Source: a virus
Lineage: Duplodnaviria > Caudoviricetes
Strand: one strand, 5' to 3'
DNA: 58,620 nucleotides
IMG/VR virus record: IMGVR_UViG_3300031841_004380
Location: 1-58,620 of that record
Under the pieces are notes generated by a model that worked only from the letters and a program-made list of their open reading frames with translations, was not told the DNA's origin and searched no databases. The position numbers were made by a program, and so were the translations under genes. Each line of letters begins with the position of its first letter. Position 1 is the stretch's first letter. Positions 47,229 through 56,174 of the stretch are shown here, piece by piece.

Positions 47229-48550
47229 ATGTTGCACAATTAAGAAAAAAAGCTAAATTCAATAAAAAAGTAGTATTCAATAATAATTTTTCTAAATACC
47301 AAGATGGCGATGCCGACCTATTAACTTTCAAAGCAGAGACTAATAAAATTGCAGAAGACTTAAGAAAAACTAAGGGGTGGGAGTTCAATATAGTTAAAGT
47401 ATTATTAGATATATTTGCCGATGATGTTGAAGTTTTTGAAACTATTACTATTGGAAGTAATATTCAAGCTTCCCAGACCCTCGATATTCCTCCATATCTA
47501 CACCTTACTGGCAGAGACTGTGAATATAACGCTAGGCAATATTATGATGCCTTGGGCATAATTCCGTGTAGTGCTTGCGATGGACTTACCTTTGGCTCTG
47601 AAGAATTATTTACGTGTTTAGACTCATTCTCTTGTACATCTGAAGGGCCGTTTTTGGGCGGTTTTCCTGTTGATTGTTTGGGATCTAACGCCGCAGATTT
47701 AGAAGCTTGTGCTGATGACTGTGACCCTGGCAGAAATAGTCCAATTGATGGCTATTATAATTTAGCCCTACTAGGCAGCCCAACAGCATTTGTATATACT
47801 GCAAATTATGAAAACTCTAGTTTACCTCATGGACTGGTAACACGCTGGCAACCCGATGGACTATGGGCTGGCCAAGCTTGCAAGGAGTATAAGGGCCCCT
47901 GCTCGCCTTACAGGGTACAGCAGCAATGTGGCTGGGTGGACGCGCCTTGCCCTAAAAGTAATACGCTTGCCTATAGCCCGACCTCTATATTTACGCCGTT
48001 TAAGATAGGTAGACGCGGTTTAATGAGCTCGGTATATTATGGAATCCCAATTACATCTGCTGGTTTAGGAACACAATCTAGCCCATATAAATGGCAGGTT
48101 CGTGGCAATAAGATAAGGAACCCACAGCCTTACATTTGGAAGTCACTTGAGCAAGAACTCGGCCGATATATCCGATCGATATACGGCGCGATCGTCGGGA
48201 GAACTACTCGCAGTAAATGGAAATTGGATCGCCCAGAGCTTGTGAGTCGGGGTGATGTTAGGCCGTCCGACAAACAATATTCCATACCCACAACACTTAA
48301 GATAAGGTTTCTAGCTTCAGAGGGTAGTTTTGAAGATATTTGGCTAGATGAGCCGACTAGTTTTGGTGGCAGTCTTGAACGTGGTTTTGCGAAGCGAACA
48401 CTTATTCGTAAAGCAACAAACGAATGGATGCCGCATGTAATAGAAGTAAATATCACTACAGATAAAGAGAGTTTCATGATTTCCGGTGTAGGAAGAAGAG
48501 CTGTGACCATCGGAGAGTCATATCTATCTCTTATTGAAGACAACAATTAA
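47225..48550 (+). CDS. cassette 6 putative B-C fusion
   Basis: Acidic Cys-rich middle (CSAC...GPFLGGFP.DC) followed by a basic domain with CGWVDA. Confidence 0.7.
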   Translation: MNVAQLRKKAKFNKKVVFNNNFSKYQDGDADLLTFKAETNKIAEDLRKTKGWEFNIVKVLLDIFADDVEVFETITIGSNIQASQTLDIPPYLHLTGRDCEYNARQYYDALGIIPCSACDGLTFGSEELFTCLDSFSCTSEGPFLGGFPVDCLGSNAADLEACADDCDPGRNSPIDGYYNLALLGSPTAFVYTANYENSSLPHGLVTRWQPDGLWAGQACKEYKGPCSPYRVQQQCGWVDAPCPKSNTLAYSPTSIFTPFKIGRRGLMSSVYYGIPITSAGLGTQSSPYKWQVRGNKIRNPQPYIWKSLEQELGRYIRSIYGAIVGRTTRSKWKLDRPELVSRGDVRPSDKQYSIPTTLKIRFLASEGSFEDIWLDEPTSFGGSLERGFAKRTLIRKATNEWMPHVIEVNITTDKESFMISGVGRRAVTIGESYLSLIEDNN

Positions 48551-48561
48551 AGGACATAAGT

Positions 48562-49071
48562 ATGCCAATACCAAACCCTAAACCAAATGAAGATAAACAA
48601 AAATTCGTTTCTCGTTGCATGAGCAGCGAAGTTATGAAAAAGGAATATCCCGATCAGTCTCAGCGTACAGCCGTCTGTTTAAATCAGACTAGGGGCGAAC
48701 AACATTCTTTAATAGAGGCCGTTCACGACAATCTGTGGGCTTCTGTTGAGTGGGATGATGAGTGGGATGAGTTTGTGTGGGAGGTAGATGCCTCAGAAAT
48801 ATATGATGAGGAAGGCAAGGTTATTGCGGCTAAAAAAGAAGGCCGTAAAGTAACACTAAACAAACCTTTTCGCACTCCTGACGGACCAAAGAAATTTAGT
48901 GTATATGTAAAAAATGACAAGGGTAATGTCGTTAAGGTAAACTTTGGTGATCCTAATATGAAGATCAAAAAGAACATACCTGAAAGACGTAAGAGCTTTC
49001 GGGCTAGACATAACTGCGATAACCCAGGTCCAAAATGGAAAGCAAGATACTGGTCATGTAAGGCATGGTGA
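48562..49071 (+). CDS. conserved phage protein (RRKSFRARH motif), probably virion/late
   Basis: MPIP.PK..E....FVSRCM; PFRTP.GPKKFSVYV...FGDPNM...RRKSFRARHNC...RYWSC. Confidence 0.7.
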   Translation: MPIPNPKPNEDKQKFVSRCMSSEVMKKEYPDQSQRTAVCLNQTRGEQHSLIEAVHDNLWASVEWDDEWDEFVWEVDASEIYDEEGKVIAAKKEGRKVTLNKPFRTPDGPKKFSVYVKNDKGNVVKVNFGDPNMKIKKNIPERRKSFRARHNCDNPGPKWKARYWSCKAW

Positions 49072-49075
49072 TATT

Positions 49076-49483
49076 ATGAAAAATTACAAACAATTATTAA
49101 CAGACGTACAGAATCAATTAAAAGCTGATGAGCTTATGGAATATAAGCAAGATTTCTTAGAAATGAATATTGGCTCATTAAATGCAATAATGAGACATGC
49201 ACAGGAAATACTGTCGTCTCTCGAAGATCCTATGGTAAAAGAGAACTTGACAGAGAGCTGGTTACAGGGTAAAATTGCGATAACAGAGGATTACATGAGA
49301 ACCATACATGATTTTGTAAAGTATGTACCTCTGGGTGACGATGATACTTATGCTTCGGACAAACCGGGGCTTTGGGACAACATTCGCAAGAAAAAAGAAA
49401 GAGAAGGTAAAAAATACAAACCAGCTAAACCTGGCGACAAAGATCGACCAGATCCAGAACAGTGGAAGAAATTGACTAAGTAA
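49076..49483 (+). CDS. conserved phage protein
   Basis: ESWLQGKI...EDYM; KPGLWDNIRKK. Confidence 0.65.
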   Translation: MKNYKQLLTDVQNQLKADELMEYKQDFLEMNIGSLNAIMRHAQEILSSLEDPMVKENLTESWLQGKIAITEDYMRTIHDFVKYVPLGDDDTYASDKPGLWDNIRKKKEREGKKYKPAKPGDKDRPDPEQWKKLTK

Positions 49484-49515
49484 TAATTTTTGACTTTTTA
49501 CCATAGGACTAAATA

Positions 49516-50088
49516 ATGACTAAGGAATTTGACGATCTCGATACGTACCTACAGCTTGCCAAAAAGACTATTAATAAATTTGGCGGCTCTCTTCGGGCAG
49601 AAATGATGGGTAGTGAGGATGCTATCTCAGATGTGGCTAATGCTATTATGGTAGGAGATTGGAGATGGGATGAAAATAGAACTGGCCCAACTGGTCAAAA
49701 AAAGACCAAATACTCCTATAGAAACCAATGTGCAATTTGGGCTATACAAACCTATGCTACCAAAAAGTATAAAGCCCCCAAAAAGTCTTCATTAGATTAT
49801 GCAAAAGATGAGGATTCATCTAATATCCGAGATACTTTGCCATCTAAAGAGAAGGACCCCTGCACAATTCTTATGGAGATAGAATCTTACGATAATCTTC
49901 ACAAGGATTTATATACGATATTAAATTCTGAATTAATATCTGAACGCCAAAGAGAATACATTAGACTGTATTACTTTGAAGGTCAAACGCTTGAAAAGAT
50001 CGGAAAAGCCTTTAATATAACTAGAGAGGCCGTTAGGCAAAATATCAATAAGGCTCTAGCTAGTATTAAAGAACTTCTGAATGTTTAA
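49516..50088 (+). CDS. phage sigma70-family sigma factor
   Basis: Region-4 HTH SERQREYIRLYYFEGQTLEKIGKAFNITREAVRQ; region-2-like KYSYRNQCAIWAI. Confidence 0.8.
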   Translation: MTKEFDDLDTYLQLAKKTINKFGGSLRAEMMGSEDAISDVANAIMVGDWRWDENRTGPTGQKKTKYSYRNQCAIWAIQTYATKKYKAPKKSSLDYAKDEDSSNIRDTLPSKEKDPCTILMEIESYDNLHKDLYTILNSELISERQREYIRLYYFEGQTLEKIGKAFNITREAVRQNINKALASIKELLNV

Positions 50089-50449
50089 ATTTTTCCAAAG
50101 AAAAAAAGAACAAGACGTTGATATTGCTGAAGAAAAAGAGAGCATGGCGTCGGTAGAGTTTTCTATCGACGCTAATAATCAAGTTAATGTTTATTGTGAC
50201 TGGATTAGTGATGATCCGGTACTAGCTAAGTTGCTGGCAGAAATGCTATTTAAAATAAATAATGGCTTATTCTCAGGTAATATCTTAGATATTTTTAAAG
50301 CAGAAATTGATAGTAATTCAGAAAGCAAAACCTTTTTGACAAAAACTATACTAGAATGGAAAGTATTGGATGATGCATTTAAGACAATAAGTGATAAACC
50401 AATAGTACAACCATCATCTTTCAATAATAATGTTAAAGCACAACAATAA
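50081..50449 (+). CDS. hypothetical protein
   Basis: Overlapping ORF in gene run. Confidence 0.65.
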   Translation: MFKFFQRKKEQDVDIAEEKESMASVEFSIDANNQVNVYCDWISDDPVLAKLLAEMLFKINNGLFSGNILDIFKAEIDSNSESKTFLTKTILEWKVLDDAFKTISDKPIVQPSSFNNNVKAQQ

Positions 50450-50855
50450 AATTATCTGGGAAAAATGGATAGATCCTTATCTAGCGGAATTACCAGAAAC
50501 AGAATGGCCCGACTTTAATAACGCTTCATATACTGAAGAAGAAGAGTATGATGATGAGGAAGAACCAACCAAGCATAGCATGTATGCTATTTCTTCCCCT
50601 ATGGGTTTAATTCCTTATAATGAATATAATGCGTCAAGCAAAATATTCAACTTTTGGATGGGTCATACTAATTTTGATATTACCCAAAAGGTATCTGATG
50701 CTATAGAGAAAACCCCAGGCATAGAGATATTAGATGTTTTTACACGTTATAGATTTCGCATAGCTATCGGAAAAAGTTTTAAAGATAGAGATGTAATGGG
50801 AGATGTTAATAACAACATAAGGCAACACTTTTATGAACAACTCGGTAGAAAATGA
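50430..50855 (+). CDS. conserved phage hypothetical protein
   Basis: WEKWIDP; FNFWMGHTNFDIT; GIE.L....RYRFRI. Confidence 0.7.
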   Translation: MLKHNNKIIWEKWIDPYLAELPETEWPDFNNASYTEEEEYDDEEEPTKHSMYAISSPMGLIPYNEYNASSKIFNFWMGHTNFDITQKVSDAIEKTPGIEILDVFTRYRFRIAIGKSFKDRDVMGDVNNNIRQHFYEQLGRK

Positions 50856-51504
50856 CTTACTGCAAGATTTACACAACAACAATGCCAGTTTTAAAACAAG
50901 AGAGATATTCTTACATAACCATTTTGTAGCAGATGAAAATCCCGGTGTTGAATATAAGATGGCCAACACCTTTATTAAGAACATACGGGCTTTAGATAGT
51001 TTTAATCATAATCCCATACTCATACATATGCAAAGTTTGGGTGGTGAATGGTCTGATGGTATGTCTATTTATGACTCCATCATTAACTGCGAATCTTATG
51101 TGACTATTATTGCATATGGCCAAGCAGAAAGCATGAGCAGCATAATACTGCAAGCTGCCGATTTAAGAATAATGATGCCACATGCTTATTTTATGAGTCA
51201 TTATGGATCAACAGAAGCTGGCGGCCATTATCTTAATGTGCAAAACTGGGTTAAGTATGAACAAAATATTTGTGACACTATGATGGACATATATGCTAAT
51301 CAGTGTGTTAATGGTAAATTCTTCAAAGAAAAATATGGTGATAAAATATCTGTCTCTAAAGTAAAAAACTTTTTACACACAAAATTGAAGCAGGGCGATT
51401 GGTATATTAATGCTGATGAAACTGTTTATTATGGCTTTGCTGATGGTGTATTAGGTAATAGAAAATATCCAAATATACGGTCAGTTAAAGAATCGATCTT
51501 ATGA
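50833..51504 (+). CDS. clpP: ClpP-like protease (S14)
   Basis: SLGG...G..IYD, GQAESMSS (Ser), FMSH (His), GDWY..ADE..YGFAD (Asp). Confidence 0.88.
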   Translation: MNNSVENDLLQDLHNNNASFKTREIFLHNHFVADENPGVEYKMANTFIKNIRALDSFNHNPILIHMQSLGGEWSDGMSIYDSIINCESYVTIIAYGQAESMSSIILQAADLRIMMPHAYFMSHYGSTEAGGHYLNVQNWVKYEQNICDTMMDIYANQCVNGKFFKEKYGDKISVSKVKNFLHTKLKQGDWYINADETVYYGFADGVLGNRKYPNIRSVKESIL

Positions 51505-52178
51505 ATATTTTAGAGTACGGATACTACGACACAGCTTCAAATGACAGTGAAGTAAAAGACTATATTAAACAAGCTTTAAAGTATCAGCCTAATACCATTT
51601 CGGTTTTGCCGTCTTATCTGAGATGTAGCAAAAACATTATTAAAAATCAGTGTGCCTTATCAACAGTCATAGATTTCCCCTATGGCATTTCTCCTCTCAA
51701 GTCTCGCACATACGCCATAGAGCAGGCTATTAAAGATGGTGCCCAGATTATCGAACTAGTAATTCCTAACCATGCTCTCTGCAACAAAAAATATGACAAA
51801 TTTAGACAAGACATAAACATCCACAAAGATCTGTGTGATCGGCACAATGTAGAATTGAGATATATTCTTGATTACAGAATATTCACCGAATATATGCTTT
51901 ACAAAATTGCACAGATGCTTCTTGCTCACAAAATAGATGTTATCTATCCATCCACCAACCTATTTTTAGACAATATTTCTGATAATATCATTGCCTCTAT
52001 GATGATATCTAAAAAAGTTCCTTATATTGACGTTATTGTTAATGGCAATGCGTGGAATGATGATCATATATCTTTAATTATGAATAACCCTAAAATTTAC
52101 GGATATAAAACCAATAATCTTTATACTCTGGAAAAAATTTTTCATTATCAGCTAAAAACTCCGGAGAAAAGTGTATAA
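51501..52178 (+). CDS. DeoC-like TIM barrel, catalytic lysines apparently lost
   Basis: TVIDFPYG, AIKDGA..IELV; DVIYPST in place of DFVKTST. Confidence 0.7.
   Translation: MNILEYGYYDTASNDSEVKDYIKQALKYQPNTISVLPSYLRCSKNIIKNQCALSTVIDFPYGISPLKSRTYAIEQAIKDGAQIIELVIPNHALCNKKYDKFRQDINIHKDLCDRHNVELRYILDYRIFTEYMLYKIAQMLLAHKIDVIYPSTNLFLDNISDNIIASMMISKKVPYIDVIVNGNAWNDDHISLIMNNPKIYGYKTNNLYTLEKIFHYQLKTPEKSV
52170..52177 (+). promoter_or_regulatory. AGTGTATA putative late promoter variant (cassette 7)
   Basis: 44 nt before ATG 52214. Confidence 0.5.
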
Positions 52179-52213
52179 TAATTTGAGTCTTCTTAAACAA
52201 AGGTAAAATTATT

Positions 52214-52549
52214 ATGGCTACTTTTTATTATAACGCTAGCAAAGAAGGTCGATATAATGACCGAAAAGCCAAAGCTGATCAACCAGTAAAGAATGGTGCG
52301 GGTCAAAATTTCGCAGATGGTGTGCATGAGCCTATAATCGTTACAGATCATAGTGCAGGTTTTGGTGGAGATGAAACATCCGCCCAAAGTTACATTTATG
52401 GCAGTAAACTGAATGTTGACGGAGATGTTCAGAAAAATACCGATACAGCAAGCGAAACATATCCTGGTCAAGAAGACTTTGGAACAGAATTAAAATTTCA
52501 GTTTTTTTATAGTCAAAATCCTAAAAAATATAAAGTGAGTATATTCTAA
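52214..52549 (+). CDS. cassette 7 small leader protein (A position)
   Basis: MATF.. start, size and position match module A; AYHP motif not evident. Confidence 0.6.
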   Translation: MATFYYNASKEGRYNDRKAKADQPVKNGAGQNFADGVHEPIIVTDHSAGFGGDETSAQSYIYGSKLNVDGDVQKNTDTASETYPGQEDFGTELKFQFFYSQNPKKYKVSIF

Positions 52550-53157
52550 TGCCAGGACCAGATTATATAGGCCCGACAACACCCGGAAACGTAAATCTTG
52601 TAACAGCATTCTCTAACGCACTACCTAATAGTGTTTCATTAGATCCTTTGTCTAATCTATATGGCTCAGGATGTGTACCTTCTGGTTGCTTACCTGTTCC
52701 TGGGGCGTGGATGCCACCGTTTTCTATAGAAACAGGCGGCGTAAATTATGCAGTACCTTCTACTTCTATTATTGACAACCCACTTGATTTTGGTGATGCC
52801 CTATTGCCTTTGATTGGAGGCGGCACTGTTGGTCTTGATGCTTATCTTTTAGATCCATCAGGCTATGAAATAAATTCAACAGGATTAGCAATTGGAGGAT
52901 TTCCGTTGACTGGACAAACCTGCGATGAGATGTATACTTCGTTAGCAAGTTTTTTTTCAGAGAGATTTGATAGCTCAGAAAACTATTCCTATGAAATTAT
53001 CCTTCCTCTTATAACATCATATACAAACACATCTGATAATTACATTAGTGTGTCTGGTTGGTGTCCTGATGCTAATTTTGCCGATGTGGATGCATCAGGC
53101 ATTATACCTGGTTACTCTGGCGACTTTGTACAATCCACATGGGAGTCAATACTATAA
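52549..53157 (+). CDS. cassette 7 module B-like acidic protein
   Basis: CVPSGC; GGFPLTGQTCDE matches GYPL...SC.E; VSGWC; almost no Lys/Arg. Confidence 0.65.
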   Translation: MPGPDYIGPTTPGNVNLVTAFSNALPNSVSLDPLSNLYGSGCVPSGCLPVPGAWMPPFSIETGGVNYAVPSTSIIDNPLDFGDALLPLIGGGTVGLDAYLLDPSGYEINSTGLAIGGFPLTGQTCDEMYTSLASFFSERFDSSENYSYEIILPLITSYTNTSDNYISVSGWCPDANFADVDASGIIPGYSGDFVQSTWESIL

Positions 53158-55145
53158 TGGCCAACTGTAATAATTTAGCAAGATTACAAGAATTGAAAGA
53201 AATTGAAGAAGACAAGTTAAAAATTTTCCAATTGCAGACCGCTCTATTCCAGGAAATTAAAAATCAACACCAATCTGATGGCTATTTAAAAGGATATATA
53301 AAGATACCAGGCTTTGGTGGTGTCCCAAAGGAGATTACAGATGCATATGCAGAGATACAAACAGCCATAAACGAGTATGCTAAAAATCTTAATCAATTAA
53401 AATTTAAGAGATTACCTCAAGATACAGTAAATGAACTTACTCAAGTTGTCTCCAAAGTTCAAGAAACTCTTAAGTTAGAACAAGAAGCAATAAAAGCATA
53501 CGTATCTTCATGGGTTTCTAATGCCGAAGTCAATGCTACATTTGGGACGGTTGCTTTTGGCGTTGTAACTGCATTGTTCTCTGGTTTCATATTTCCTCCA
53601 ATAGGACTAACAGCCGGTGCGGCAGCTTTTTTTTATGGAGGGATTACTGTGAGTTTCACGATGTTGGTTGGAACAGGAGGTGTTCTTATAGGAGCATCAT
53701 ATGACCCTAGACGTTACGCATCTGGCGCAATATCATTATTTTACGAAGCTAGAATTAGGGAGACTGAAACTAAAATACAAATTAACCGCTTAACCAGCAA
53801 AATAAACGAATTGTTAAAATACTGTGATTTACCAGATGCTATTTGCCCAATACAATCTAAATATCAAGGTAAATTATTTAATAGAGCAGACATATTAGAA
53901 AAACTAGATGGACTAGAAGAAAAGGTTCCTGGCACAGAAACTAATGATCCAAAAATATTGCAGTTAAATGAAGAAATAAAGAATCATAATTCAGAGATAG
54001 CCATTTTAGATAATGATATTACAAAATATTCAGCATTCTATAATCTAGTTAATAATGCGCAAGCTAATTTATTGAAAAATCAATCTGTGGCCGATCTCAA
54101 TGAAGCGGCAATTGGGGCATTTAACAAATATAATACATACAACGCAAACAACAAGGTGCATCGTCGAGCTATATCTTCCCTGATGGCCTATATGGCTTTA
54201 GAGCAATACGCAGATGCAGCAGTCAGTAAGTTAAATGAGATTGCTGATTTCGGTATTGATAACATACAAAATCAAAACATTAAAAGTATTATGAAGAGCA
54301 TAAAGAAGATGGCAAGAACAGATAATAATTATGGTCTTACAAATTGGACACCAATAAATGAACTTATAGTGCGTTGTCCCTCTTCTTTAGGGTGTCACTA
54401 TTTAAGCACTACTGATAAACTAGTCAGCTTTCCAAGCCCAAGAAATGGCTGGAAGACTTTTGCCGATTCTATATCTGACAATATTTATGATCAGGTTAGT
54501 GTAGAAGGATTAAAATTTCCAGGATTAGAAAAATTGCTTAACGATATGAAAAGTAAACTAATTTCAATTAGCGCTATAATACAACGAAAAGAAACTCTTC
54601 AAAGTCAAATTCTAGTCAAGACACTTAAGATAGCAGCTCAGAAAACATTAAACAGAAAAGACTGGAATGACTGGATAAATCAGAAACTCAACGAATATTA
54701 TGATTTTAGTAGTCCTAATAAAATATCGAAAACAACAACAAGAATACCAGTAACCAAGGCATTGATTGCAGATGGTAAACCAGCCTTTAAGGAACATATA
54801 CAAATCAAAAAGGAGTTTGGGTTTGATTTTACATATAATTCTGATAATTTTACTTATCTTTTTGAAATAGCACAAAATCACTTAAAAGCTGGTCAAGCTA
54901 AAGCTGCGGCGGAACCTTTTCCAGATGGCAGTAGTGGTGATTATCCAATTTACACACAAAGTGATATAAATTATAAAAATGTAAATACTGCAAAAGGCTA
55001 TTCTCATCCTGGTACCACTCACAAGGTTTATGCCTCGGTTGTGCCTACTACTAATAAACTAGACCCTGTTTTAGCAACAATTTTCAGCATTGGAACTGGA
55101 GGTATTCCAGAACTCACTGCTAATCTAAGTATCTGTGCAGAATAA
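53157..55145 (+). CDS. cassette 7 module C: coiled-coil protein with a long hydrophobic hairpin
   Basis: FGTVAFGVVTALFSGFIFPPIGLTAGAAAFFYGGITVSFTMLVGTGGVLIG between amphipathic helices; no signal peptide. Confidence 0.75.
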   Translation: MANCNNLARLQELKEIEEDKLKIFQLQTALFQEIKNQHQSDGYLKGYIKIPGFGGVPKEITDAYAEIQTAINEYAKNLNQLKFKRLPQDTVNELTQVVSKVQETLKLEQEAIKAYVSSWVSNAEVNATFGTVAFGVVTALFSGFIFPPIGLTAGAAAFFYGGITVSFTMLVGTGGVLIGASYDPRRYASGAISLFYEARIRETETKIQINRLTSKINELLKYCDLPDAICPIQSKYQGKLFNRADILEKLDGLEEKVPGTETNDPKILQLNEEIKNHNSEIAILDNDITKYSAFYNLVNNAQANLLKNQSVADLNEAAIGAFNKYNTYNANNKVHRRAISSLMAYMALEQYADAAVSKLNEIADFGIDNIQNQNIKSIMKSIKKMARTDNNYGLTNWTPINELIVRCPSSLGCHYLSTTDKLVSFPSPRNGWKTFADSISDNIYDQVSVEGLKFPGLEKLLNDMKSKLISISAIIQRKETLQSQILVKTLKIAAQKTLNRKDWNDWINQKLNEYYDFSSPNKISKTTTRIPVTKALIADGKPAFKEHIQIKKEFGFDFTYNSDNFTYLFEIAQNHLKAGQAKAAAEPFPDGSSGDYPIYTQSDINYKNVNTAKGYSHPGTTHKVYASVVPTTNKLDPVLATIFSIGTGGIPELTANLSICAE

Positions 55146-55154
55146 CAATATTTT

Positions 55155-55162
55155 GGTGTATT
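55155..55162 (+). promoter_or_regulatory. GGTGTATT putative late promoter
   Basis: Intergenic, 56 nt before ATG 55211. Confidence 0.6.
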
Positions 55163-55210
55163 TAATATAGCATATGCTTTTAGTCTATTTAACCATATAT
55201 GGAGAAGATA

Positions 55211-55744
55211 ATGAGTACACGTACAGCTAAAACCAGAGCTAATGCTGGTGGCAATAATGGTGGAGCAATAATGAATGGTGGTAATATTGCTGCCAATAGC
55301 GCAATTACAGCCACTAACATCACAGCTGATGGAGATAATTTAGTATCGAAAACTAATAATGTGGGCGTTTTTGGCTCAACCCCAGTTGCTAGCTCTACTG
55401 TTAACAAAGCCAACGTTTTCCTTGATGTTGCACAACTAAATGATATTACTGAGACCCTAAATACCCTATATCAAGATCCTAGACCAGATCTCACTAAGAG
55501 TATTCATAAAACTGAAACTTCTCGTACCCTACAGTATACCACAGCTTTCAGAAATGGTTACTACAATATGTTTACTGGTAAGTTCTTTGTGGATCCAACT
55601 GTTCAGGTTGACACGTTTGCTGCTGACCATGCTGCTAGTCCTACTCGTGAAGTTCCTGGCGAACTTGCGTTTATGTACGGGGCGAAAAACCCAACAAATA
55701 CAGCTGATGGCACAGATGTTGATTACGGTCGTAAAACTGGCTGA
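55211..55744 (+). CDS. probable virion protein; homolog of module A
   Basis: GGAG RBS; G/N/A/T-rich; DPRP......H.T...R.....T...NG.Y aligns without gaps to 46905. Confidence 0.75.
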   Translation: MSTRTAKTRANAGGNNGGAIMNGGNIAANSAITATNITADGDNLVSKTNNVGVFGSTPVASSTVNKANVFLDVAQLNDITETLNTLYQDPRPDLTKSIHKTETSRTLQYTTAFRNGYYNMFTGKFFVDPTVQVDTFAADHAASPTREVPGELAFMYGAKNPTNTADGTDVDYGRKTG

Positions 55745-55774
55745 TACCTAAACTTATTGTGAATTTTTACCAAC

Positions 55775-55814
55775 AAAGCAGACCAACGGTGTAAAAACTG
55801 TTGGTTTGTTTTTT
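55775..55814 (+). terminator. putative intrinsic terminator
   Basis: 16-bp stem AAAGCAGACCAACGGT / ACTGTTGGTTTGTTTT, 6-nt loop, T-rich end. Confidence 0.65.
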
Positions 55815-55836
55815 ATACACTTGGAGACTATCCTTA

Positions 55837-56168
55837 TGGCAGACCCAAATACGTTAGGTAGTTTTTTTGAAAACCTAACTACATCAATGGTCATGATTAT
55901 CCTTTCCTTAATAGGCTTTTGGACAACATTTATTAAGAATCTGGTAAATAGAAAAGACGTTGAAGAAATGATCCAATCATGCGCCCAATCAAGCCAATAC
56001 AGTAGAGATCGACATTTTATTATGGAAAGATTAAATGATCATAAGGAAACTATGAATATCTTATTCAGAGCATTAGAAAAAAACACAGAAGTTATGAATG
56101 ATCTTAAAGTTCAAATCGCCACACTTGCTAAAGCTATCGAAACCCTAGAACACAAAATATACGAGTAA
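55837..56168 (+). CDS. single-TM plus coiled-coil protein (holin-like or membrane)
   Basis: TTGGAG RBS; TM MVMIILSLIGFW followed by heptads; start position approximate. Confidence 0.55.
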
Positions 56169-56174
56169 AAAATC

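Noticed and set aside
32737-53160. Programmed -1 frameshift fusing B to C: four C ORFs extend upstream in the -1 frame, two with an MFRFIW start
   Set aside because: ATGA/TAATG translational coupling and separate RBSs explain the frame relation. No canonical slippery heptamer is present, and MFRFIW is just the alternative reading of the conserved CSDLFG codons.
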